Source: a virus
Length of the DNA: 64,000 bases
Direction: 5' to 3' (one strand)
Virus record (IMG/VR): IMGVR_UViG_3300024263_000001
Coordinates: 10,353 to 74,352 of that record
This document shows positions 29,573 to 38,206 of this stretch, piece after piece. The position numbers and the translations under genes were made by a program. The stretch's first letter is position 1; every line of letters begins with the position of its first letter. The notes under the pieces were generated by a model. It saw nothing but the letters and a program-made list of their open reading frames with translations, was not told the DNA's origin and made no database searches.

Positions 29573-30044
29573 TCATTTTTTCTCCCTAAATTCAATACGT
29601 TCGGCTTCGTTGTAAATTATCACATAACTCCCATCTGGTCGGTTCCAAGCATCAATTCCACGCCTCATCATAATACGATGGCCTTCATTGATTAACTCCC
29701 CCGCCCTCTTCAGGGCTTCTTTGAGAACATAACTTACATAAATCTTATCGTTCATTTTTTTTCCTCCCCTTTTCCCATTATTTATTATATTTCGTTATAT
29801 ATAGGTGGCGGGGGCCAACCTACGCTATGGCTACTCGCTCCGCCATATCTAAGCCAGTTTGAAACGCCTCAAGCCAGTCGAGCATCCGCCCCGTGGGTAG
29901 GCGCGGAGAAATATACACCCCCTTACCCGCAAAGATTTTTCCCCCACCAGATGCCCAGTCAACTCCGATGTCAACCCCATAGATGCGTATGAGGGTATCA
30001 ACTTTGGACTTAATCCGCTTCCGTGTTATCCTTCCCATTTTCAT
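29573..30044 (-). CDS. Two small early genes (29573-29755, 29820-30044)
   Basis: RBSs; first genes after the leftward promoter. Confidence 0.5.
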
Positions 30045-30065
30045 CTCCTTTTCGCTTTTGCAATC

Positions 30066-30094
30066 ATTCTATCACAGATTTTTCGGCTTGTCAA
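30066..30094 (-). promoter_or_regulatory. Strong leftward sigma70 promoter
   Basis: TTGACA-N17-TAGAAT with extended -10 TG. Confidence 0.85.
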
Positions 30095-30341
30095 GTCCGT
30101 TCTAGTGTGATTTTAGACCATCTTCACGCTCAAAGCAACACAAATACCTCTTTTCTGCCCCCCTAGCATTTCTAATCATTTTATCTTCAAAATTCGAGAC
30201 TTTTCGTCCCAAATAATTTTTGTGTTCCAGGTTGCTGCTGGGTAGGGGGGTGGGCAATTTTTCGGCATGAAAGGTGACTAAGAAGGTAAAAAAGGTGAAA
30301 AAGACCAAAGTAGTAAGGAGACCAAATTGGTCTAGATTAAC

Positions 30342-30370
30342 TTGACATATATAACCTTAAATCGTATCAT
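30342..30370 (+). promoter_or_regulatory. Rightward sigma70 promoter
   Basis: TTGACA-N17-TATCAT; spacer contains AACCTTAAAT. Confidence 0.7.
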
Positions 30371-30576
30371 ATAGACGAAATTCGATGGTTGCAAGAAATA
30401 AAACCGTGATATACTTAACACAGAATGGGAAGCGTAAAGAGTAGATCACTAGCATACTGGAAAGAGATAAAACAAGCGCGGGAATTAGCGCGCGCTAAAA
30501 AGCTCGCTACTGGTGAACTAGTAATAGGTTTGAATAGGAATGGTAAACCTATTACATTACCGCGGAGGGGGAAAGA

Positions 30577-31637
30577 ATGAGAATCAACCAAGAACTAGAC
30601 GCAATCAACGAACTGGACAAACTAGACAATCTCTATACGCGCGAACCTTATGATCGTTGTCCTAAGTGTAAGTGGCTTAACTCAGCGATCATTCTTAGTA
30701 GCTCACCGTGGGTGCGATGTTATCATTGTCTACAGTCTAGCCACTTGAAACACTGGACTAGAATTTGTCAAGGCGAAGAAAAACCGCGGCCAAAAAGTAA
30801 ACATTTCTGGTAAACCTATTACACTACCAGCACGGAAAAAATAATGCACTGCGGATATTGTACCAAACACAAAAGAGATCAGCATTATAGTAACTGGTGC
30901 AAGGACCATAAACATACTAGTAATTCCATGATAAACGGTACTTTCAAGTCGTGTAGGAATTGCCAATACTGGCAAACATATAAGGAAAGGAGACAAAAGC
31001 ATGGTCAAATGCCCAGGTTACAATCATAGAGAATGCCAGAGCTATTTCAATTTGGCTCACAACTGGCGCGGCTTTTTCTGGCATATAATCAACTATCACT
31101 TGCGCCAGTTGTAGAATCAAAAGGAGACAAAAACAATGGTCAAGGTATCTGAAAACCTTATGGACGATCCAGCAATAGCAAGGGTTTTGCAAAAGCCAAA
31201 ACCTAAGTTTCCCCTGTGCTATTGTAAAGTGTGTCAAGGGGACACCAAACACGATGACCGTCCAAATAGGGATAACCCCAAACCGTGCCCGAAAAGTATC
31301 TGGTTTAGAGCATTAAGGGGAGAACCTATACCAGCAGTAGGGAGGGGATAAGATGGTAATGGTAAATCTACAATGGCTAGAAATCAGGCAACGTTGGCTT
31401 AAGAGATTAGCAAGGGGGGAAACAATGAGAATCTATGTAGTAATAGGCTCATTCTCTGGTGTACTGCAAGATTGCCACGCTTTTGACAATGAAAGAGAAG
31501 CGAAAGAGAAATGGGGAGAAATTGTCAAGTGCTATGGCATGGACCCCGACAAGCCACTACCAGGGTATGATACACCGGGACACAACGATTATCATGATGT
31601 TTGGGTTGCAACACCACTATTAGTGAAAAGAGGATAA
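30577..31637 (+). CDS. Cluster of small Cys-rich early genes (30577-30813, 30844-31029, 31136-31351, 31353-31637)
   Basis: CxxC pairs; repeated RBS context AAAGGAGACAAAA. Confidence 0.5.
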
Positions 31638-31638
31638 G

Positions 31639-32409
31639 ATGACACAGATAAGATCATATCAACAAGCCAATGAGTATCTAGGCAAAAAACCTAGCAGACC
31701 AATCCGGTATGCAACAAGAATCAATAGGCGCGGAGATAACATGGCAATCACACATCACGACACTGATATAATCACTTATCAGCCAGACGGTAATGTGATT
31801 ATAGATACTGATGGTTGGCATACTAAGACAACAAAGGATCGGCTCAACAATCACTTACCGTGGGGATCGCGTGTTTACCAGAAAGATAGTATATGGTATC
31901 TATGGCAAGGCTGTGGGGCTTGCTGGAGTCCATATCAAGCAAACCACGAACAAGACAAACATTTGGTATTTGCTGATGGTATAAAGATTCTACCAGATCG
32001 TACAATTCAAGGTGCTGGACCACCAGCAGACAAACTAAAGAAGCTAAACAAGGCGATCACCAAATACACGCGCGATTATATCAGCGCGCTATTTGCTGGG
32101 AAAGTACCAAAGCCTAGTAGTGGAGATTGTTGGTTTTGTCTTCTCAAAAGCCAAAATGGGGAGACAATGGGAGAAGCGTTTAGGGATCAAGACCATCTTC
32201 TTTCCCACTTCGAAGAGAAGTACTATGTACCGTCACTTCTGGTGCGCGCTATTGAGCTATACCCTACTAGTCGCTATGCTATGTGGGGATTGGGTTATTT
32301 GTGGGGAGAATTAGAGCATGGAAAGACATGTGTTGACGACTTGACCAAACGCCAGTTAAGATCATCGCTCAGACGTTATCTCAGACGACAATTAGGATTA
32401 GCCAGTTAA
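31639..32409 (+). CDS. Early protein of unknown function, paralog B
   Basis: MTQIRSYQQANEYLGKK...SSLRRYLRRQLGLAS. Confidence 0.75.
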   Translation: MTQIRSYQQANEYLGKKPSRPIRYATRINRRGDNMAITHHDTDIITYQPDGNVIIDTDGWHTKTTKDRLNNHLPWGSRVYQKDSIWYLWQGCGACWSPYQANHEQDKHLVFADGIKILPDRTIQGAGPPADKLKKLNKAITKYTRDYISALFAGKVPKPSSGDCWFCLLKSQNGETMGEAFRDQDHLLSHFEEKYYVPSLLVRAIELYPTSRYAMWGLGYLWGELEHGKTCVDDLTKRQLRSSLRRYLRRQLGLAS

Positions 32410-32420
32410 GGGGGGATCAG

Positions 32421-32756
32421 ATGAAAAAGACAATTGATTTTACTGGTACAGTCTCCCACGGTACAATGAGGCCACAAGACGTATTACCAGTATTACTGGG
32501 AATACTTGAGGAATACTGGCCTGAAAAAGCAAACAAGATCATAGAGTTCTATTCCTACGACTGGGAATGGCCATCTGCCGATAAAAGCCTAGTATTCCCC
32601 GATCCTCTACCAGACTATTTGCAAGACGCGGCTATGTATTTGTGGGAAGAGTTAGCAGACGCGCTCAATGAGATAGCACCAGAAACACATTACTTTGGTG
32701 CTAATATAGGCGATGGTTGTGACTACGGCTTTTGGTCAATAGACGATATACCATAA
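32421..32756 (+). CDS. Phage early hypothetical protein
   Basis: GTVSHGTMRPQD...APETHYFGA..GDGCDYGFW pattern, recalled from phage hypothetical proteins. Confidence 0.65.
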   Translation: MKKTIDFTGTVSHGTMRPQDVLPVLLGILEEYWPEKANKIIEFYSYDWEWPSADKSLVFPDPLPDYLQDAAMYLWEELADALNEIAPETHYFGANIGDGCDYGFWSIDDIP

Positions 32757-32775
32757 AATAACTGATCCTCTTCGG

Positions 32776-32830
32776 TAGCACAAAGAGCCAACAGTCAAGT
32801 AACACCTTACAAATGTTGGCTCTTTTGCTA
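32776..32830 (+). terminator. Intrinsic terminator-like hairpin closing the early island
   Basis: AAAGAGCCAACA ... TGTTGGCTCTTT stem. Confidence 0.65.
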
Positions 32831-33606
32831 TTCTAAAATCGTCTAAGAAGCTCAGGTCGCGCTACTTATACTGAAAGTGTTTAGGTGTATTTTAGGGGAT
32901 AGTAGGATATACAAGGGATAGTTTTAAGACCGCTAAGAGCGTCTAGGGGATTCTGATAAGTGATGATGCTGCTGGTGGAATAGAGATTGAGTGTATGATG
33001 ATGGAGTAGGAATAGATCATCAACAGATTATAGGTAATGATAAGACAATAAGACTATAAGTATACACTTATAGTGTTAAGTATGTATGAGCGGAGGATGT
33101 TAGTAACAGTAATGATTACTAGTGTTAAGATGTTATGAGTAGAGGTAGTACATTCTCTCTTGTCTCTTCCCGATCCCCAAAAGATGGTGACCAACCAGTC
33201 AGTTCAGGATTGTACTAGTACAAGTAGTACAATCTGAGCGTGAACCAGGCGTAAAAGAGTTTACGTAATGGACCTTATGTAGAGTAGCAAGCGTAACAGC
33301 CTATATGAGGGCAAGCTGTCCGAGAAGTGATCGTTTTGGGCAGGGATGCCCCTCGTTCCAGTGTATCCAACATTTTCCAGATCTCGTCTTAGAATACAAC
33401 CTCCGGAGATTATAAATTAAAATACAACTCCCACGAGTTATATTCTTCCCTCATTCTAATCTACTGTTGGTTTTCCAAACTTCACCTCATTATAAAATTC
33501 GATCTTAAAATCTTCCCCAAAACCCTATATTTCCCCCGCTGGGGAAAATTGGTATACAAAACGTATACTATAGGCTACAATTTGTATCCTATCACTTTTT
33601 ATCCTT

Positions 33607-33657
33607 AACCTTAAAATTCCTCGTTTGTCTTGATTTTTATTCATTCTGTGGTAGAAT
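33607..33657 (+). promoter_or_regulatory. Sigma70-type promoter with AACCTTAAAATT box (copy 3)
   Basis: AACCTTAAAATT-N11-TTGATT-N16-TAGAAT; an ATG follows at 33664, so possibly leaderless. Confidence 0.7.
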
Positions 33658-33663
33658 AAGAAC

Positions 33664-33864
33664 ATGGACCCTTTCACAGGACTACCAATCGAAGAAGATC
33701 CTCTCCTAGAATACCACACGGTTTATAATACTATTACTCGATTACATCTCCAAATCATTGCTCTCAGAAATCACTTGCTCCTCAATGTTATTCCTCGCCT
33801 TGCTATCCAAAAGGAGGGGGCGGAGATAGACGCAATCGCCAAGGAACTCTTGAACTGGGACTAA
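33664..33864 (+). CDS. Small hypothetical protein
   Basis: ORF immediately after the promoter. Confidence 0.5.
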   Translation: MDPFTGLPIEEDPLLEYHTVYNTITRLHLQIIALRNHLLLNVIPRLAIQKEGAEIDAIAKELLNWD

Positions 33865-33915
33865 CCTTAAAATTTTCTGCTACCGTTTGACTTCTACACT
33901 TTTCTGTGATAGAAT
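33863..33915 (+). promoter_or_regulatory. Sigma70-type promoter with AACCTTAAAATT box (copy 4)
   Basis: AACCTTAAAATT-N12-TTGACT-N17-TAGAAT. Confidence 0.8.
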
Positions 33916-34011
33916 GAGATAAAGGGAGGGCGCACCAATGACTAACCCATCCCCTGGGATCCCTGTGGGATTTCCAAGTGAGGTATACCGCATTTGCGAA
34001 AGGAGAGGAAG

Positions 34012-34218
34012 GTGAAATTCAGAATTGGTAGTCGTGTCAATCATAAGCATCGACAGCGCAGAGGTGTTATCAAGGAGTTTCTATCGCTGTCAGTAGAACC
34101 TTGGGGAGACGATGATTTGGCACCTGGCGCTGGGGTTAAATGGGATGATGACAGTAAACACGGGTGGACAGTAGTGTTATTAGAGGACTTGGAGGTTATC
34201 AATGACCTTCCCATCTAA
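34012..34218 (+). CDS. Small SH3-like beta-barrel protein
   Basis: KFRIGSRVNHKH...GVI...VKWDD; AAGGAG RBS before GTG. Confidence 0.45.
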   Translation: MKFRIGSRVNHKHRQRRGVIKEFLSLSVEPWGDDDLAPGAGVKWDDDSKHGWTVVLLEDLEVINDLPI

Positions 34219-34612
34219 AGACTACATCGCCCTCTGCACCAACCCAGAACCGGCAGAGAAGTTGAGGGAGGAGTGGGAGAAGCGGGGGGCACAAGAAGGT
34301 GATTGGGTTCGTGTTGAGGGACATGATTGAGCCTGGGTTTTTGTGGTTGCAAAGCATCAAGTATCATGGGCAAAATTAGCAACAGATAGTTCCATAGTGT
34401 TCTGGCTCCCCACCCAACGCCAACTCCAAGAGATGATTCAAGAGGCGGGATACTGGTGGATGATGGGGGTTGGAGCATCGGTTTATGATTACATCGTGGA
34501 AGTGAGGAATTGGAAGGGCGAAATGCCACTAATTGCCAAGGGCTCTGGCCCCGACCCCGAAACCTGCCTCCTGCGGGCCTTGCTGGAGGTGATGGAGAAG
34601 GAGGAGAGATGA
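34202..34612 (+). pseudogene. Hypothetical gene interrupted by an in-frame TGA
   Basis: MTFPSKDYIALC...GDWVRVEGHD*AWVF...WLPTQRQLQEM in one frame, TGA at 34328-34330. Confidence 0.6.
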
Positions 34613-34840
34613 TACCTGAAGAATACTACAAGAAATGGAATGGAAAATGGGGAGGCGAGGGAGCATGGCCCGACGAAAGGTGCATAGATTGGGCCGAAAC
34701 TTTCGAGCCTGGGCGCATACAATTTTGGCTGAAATACCACAAAGATTATACAAGGGCTTGTAGGGCTGTGGCAGAGAATATACCGTCATTTAACAACCTC
34801 TGGGAAGAAACATTTGCAGAAGTAACGGCGGAGCAGCCCC

Positions 34841-35099
34841 CCAAATGAGCATCGTACACCAAGAGGAGGAGAGAGATGACGCTTCCTAAGACGAAACCTA
34901 TTACTTGCGCAAGGTGTAAGAAGGAGACGAAGACCAACGAGGAGGTTGATGGTTGGCCGTGGATTCGATACGAGAGTGTTGAGCAACAATTAGAGGCCGA
35001 TCTGTGCTTTGAATGTGGCCCAAAACTGCTCAAATGGTTGGGGCTCGAAGGGGCCAAATGAGCATCGTACACCAGACAGGGAAAGAGGAGGAGAAGATG
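34841..35099 (+). repeat. 21-bp direct repeat flanking ORF 34876-35061
   Basis: CCAAATGAGCATCGTACACCA at 34841-34861 and 35054-35074, each followed by an AGAGGAGGAGA...ATG RBS. Confidence 0.85.
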
Positions 35100-35424
35100 G
35101 AGAAGTTGATACGGCTAGTAAGGGGTTACTTAAACGAAGAGGAATGGTCAGATACCCACGAGGCGGCCATAAGCCTGATCACCCGCATCGGCAAGGCTTA
35201 TGCAGAAGGGGAGTTGAAGATACGTGGGGAGGTGGGGCGGATAGAAGGTGTGTTGGCAGAAGAGATTATCCAGCACTTCTTTCCTGGCAAAGAGGGTGAC
35301 ATTCTCATCGCCCTTTCCCCTACGAGGAGAGGCGAAGAGGAGGAGAAGACTGGCGAATTTCCACATTTTGAACCAGATGAGCCATCCTTCATTGCGGAGA
35401 TTCACTAATGAAGAAGGGAGGTGA

Positions 35425-36096
35425 ATGATGGAAACACAAATAAAAATCCCACATACTGAGTACCCAGAAATAGCCAAAGAAAGAAGGGCGGGTAAAACTC
35501 TTGAATCTATTGCTGAACCTTATGGTATTACCAGAGAACGAATCCGTCAAATTCTGAAGGAACACTTTCCCGAAATTACAGCAAAGGTAGCGGGGCGGAC
35601 TAGAAAGAAGATTCTCAATCGAGAACGGGAAAAGGAAACTAGATTTTGTACCTGTGGATGTGGAACAAAAATTCCTGTATGGAGAAAAGTAAATTACAAA
35701 AACGGGAGATGGGCTCCTGCCCCCCGCTATGTTTCTGGACATCAAGGACGAAATCGTGTACCCTATGAAAGGACCCCCATAGATCGAGCAAGAATTTCAG
35801 TAGCAGCAAAGAGAAACTGGGCGGCGGGAAAGTATGATAATAAGATCTTAAAGAAAACCATTATAATGCGTCGCAAACTCTGGAAGATCCTCAAAGAACA
35901 TCCAGAAGGAATAACAACCACGGATATTATAAAGGCAACAGAAATCAGCCGTAGCACACTCAATAGATGGATAAGAACGCAACAATACATGAGATTTAAC
36001 ATTCGTCGACAAGGAAAGCGTGGGCAACCCTATATTATCTCATTAGCCAAAGAACCATCTGTGAATTTAGAGAATGAAATGTGTTCCCCCACCTAA
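35425..36096 (+). CDS. DNA-binding regulator: sigma70 region-4-like HTH, CxCGC motif, C-terminal HTH
   Basis: TLESIAEPYGITRERIRQI; CTCGC...YVSGH; ITTTDIIKATEISRSTLNRW. Confidence 0.7.
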   Translation: MMETQIKIPHTEYPEIAKERRAGKTLESIAEPYGITRERIRQILKEHFPEITAKVAGRTRKKILNREREKETRFCTCGCGTKIPVWRKVNYKNGRWAPAPRYVSGHQGRNRVPYERTPIDRARISVAAKRNWAAGKYDNKILKKTIIMRRKLWKILKEHPEGITTTDIIKATEISRSTLNRWIRTQQYMRFNIRRQGKRGQPYIISLAKEPSVNLENEMCSPT

Positions 36097-36117
36097 ACTT
36101 AGATACTGGAAAGAGAA

Positions 36118-36426
36118 ATGAGTAAGATGAGGATTATATACGAAGATGGTTATGTATTCGACATTTTCGGAAGACCTTGGGTTCTAAAATTCGTAACCGC
36201 CGAGGATGAAAAGTTAATTGAATTCCTTCGAGCAAAAGGATTAGAATTTGCGGGGCTCTGTGTACCCAATAAAGAGGGGGGCACACTATTCATCAGGTTG
36301 GATTACGGAAATCCCAAAGAAAGTCTCAGACATGAATTATCTGAAGCATTTTTGTCGGAGATAGTAAGGGAATTACATAAACCTCCCAAAGAAGAGAAGA
36401 AAAATGGCCAAGAAGGAACGGAATAA
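36118..36426 (+). CDS. Zincin-like small protein (HExxE variant)
   Basis: GLC....LFIR....ESLRHELSEA. Confidence 0.4.
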   Translation: MSKMRIIYEDGYVFDIFGRPWVLKFVTAEDEKLIEFLRAKGLEFAGLCVPNKEGGTLFIRLDYGNPKESLRHELSEAFLSEIVRELHKPPKEEKKNGQEGTE

Positions 36427-36521
36427 GAAACCGAAGAAGAAAAAGAGAAAAATAAAAACGGCTATCATCGTAACTGGTCCATTTTGCACGATTTTAGAAG
36501 TTCCTGTAAGTAAAGGTAAAA

Positions 36522-37043
36522 ATGGGTAAAAAGAGATATACTCAGGAACAAAAAGAAGCGGCCATTGCACAACTGACATTGGGGAAGAGCCCCACTAAGA
36601 TTGCCAGGGACCTAAAGATCCCCTATGGGACTGTTGCCTACTGGAAAGCCAACCTGAGAAAAATCAAAGAACAGGATGGAACGTTGGGATACCACTTCGA
36701 GAAACAAAAGAACTTTGTCGATAAAGCATGGAAAAACATTGATCTGGCACTCAAGAAAATTAAAGCGGGGCTGGAAATCGTTGAACTTAAAACTCCCAAA
36801 GATATAAGAGATTTAGTAGTAGTTCTAGGAATCTTCAAAGATAAAATAGACAAAGCAACTCCGCCCCAATTACCAGCAGGCGAAAAAGTCCCGCTTATTG
36901 ATCTCAGCAAGGTTTCAAGTGCTAGACTCAAGATAATCATTGCTGAGATAGAACAGATGGGGGAGATTGCGCCCCCACAATTAGAAGATGGGGATGTAAT
37001 AGAAGGTGAATCTAGGGATATTACTGAACAGGAGGCAAAATGA
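36522..37043 (+). CDS. terS: Probable terminase small subunit
   Basis: N-terminal HTH (KIARDLKIPYGTVAYW), helical core, upstream of TerL. Confidence 0.6.
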   Translation: MGKKRYTQEQKEAAIAQLTLGKSPTKIARDLKIPYGTVAYWKANLRKIKEQDGTLGYHFEKQKNFVDKAWKNIDLALKKIKAGLEIVELKTPKDIRDLVVVLGIFKDKIDKATPPQLPAGEKVPLIDLSKVSSARLKIIIAEIEQMGEIAPPQLEDGDVIEGESRDITEQEAK

Positions 37044-37519
37044 GTAAGAGAGAATTATTAGGAAAAATATTTGGATGGTGTAAGGAATATTCCTACAAAC
37101 CACATTGCTCAATTGATGCCCTCGCCGAGCAAGCGATAGTGATAGAGTGCGACATCAAGCAGTATGGTAAACCATATCCTGTAGAGACTGAACTTCTATT
37201 CCCCACCGCTACGAATGAAGATGGTGGAGTTCTTTACTTTGACGGTCATCACGGCACCCCAGGCAAAGCCTTGGCCATTATAGTGCCATTGGAGGAGGAA
37301 GATGAAAGCAGTTCTTGAGCCCAATGAGATCCTAATCCGAGTAATGCCCAGCAAGGAGATACCATCAGGACATTACTACACGCTCCAAACCAAAGGTCTC
37401 TTCAGAGTTTACGATGATCTACCAGAGATGTTCGATGAGATTGAGCGGCTTCTTAGAGTCTGCGCCAAAGAAGTAAACACTTAGAAAGAGGAGAGAATTC
37501 TGCAATTGTACATTTTTGA

Positions 37520-37670
37520 TAATCCTGTAATATATATATTATATAATAGAGTAATATATTATTATGATTATAAATTATAATTATAGTTATAAAAGATACC
37601 TACTAAGAATATGTACTCATATTCTTAGAGAGTTTTTAACATAAATTATGGTCAACTCTTGGCTAAGAGT
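37520..37670. other. Extremely AT-rich tract with inverted repeats (origin or pac candidate)
   Basis: Almost pure A/T over 37527-37594; CTAAGAATATG-N4-CATATTCTTAG at 37603-37628. Confidence 0.45.
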
Positions 37671-37705
37671 ATAAATAAAAATTTAGTTTCCTTGGGAGTA
37701 AGAAA

Positions 37706-37843
37706 ATGAATTATCGAGAACACAAATCGAGACTAATGAAAGATCCTAAATTTCATAGAGCTTGGAAATCCCTACGTTGGTGGTATCTCTGGCAGAAATT
37801 TTTGATTCGGTTGAGAATGATTATAGGGAGGAGAGGTGAGTGA
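37706..37843 (+). CDS. 45-aa peptide resembling the N-terminus of XRE/HigA-type antitoxins
   Basis: MNYREHKSRLMKDPKFHRAWKSL...LIRLR; GGAG RBS. Confidence 0.4.
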   Translation: MNYREHKSRLMKDPKFHRAWKSLRWWYLWQKFLIRLRMIIGRRGE

Positions 37844-38161
37844 GGAGTTCTTTGAGAGATTGGATAAAGTAGCAGCAGAGAAAATTGCCGACTCTACTTG
37901 CTTATATGATGTCCTGAAATACCCAGGTGCTCGCTATAGTGATGAAATACTCTTTGATTTGGCAAAAAGAGTTAAGAATGCCACCATTGAGGCATTGAGA
38001 GAGATGATGGTGGGCGAGCCGATAATAGATAAGCTGGAAGTTCGTAGAGGATATACTGGCCTAGACTATGGGAGTACCGGATGGCTTTGTGAGTTGTGGC
38101 GATACGATGATGATCTTGCTACCGATGGCGAAGAGGTAGTGGTTTTAGTAGTACGTTTGTC

Positions 38162-38190
38162 TTGATTTTTTAGAGGTTTCGTGTTACAAT
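38162..38190 (+). promoter_or_regulatory. Promoter upstream of terL
   Basis: TTGATT-N17-TACAAT with TG extension. Confidence 0.6.
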
Positions 38191-38206
38191 CAAGTGTTAG
38201 GGAATA

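Noticed and set aside
34328-34330. Genome-wide TGA recoding
   Set aside because: Many genes end in TGA with ATGA start overlaps, and long genes are intact under the standard code.
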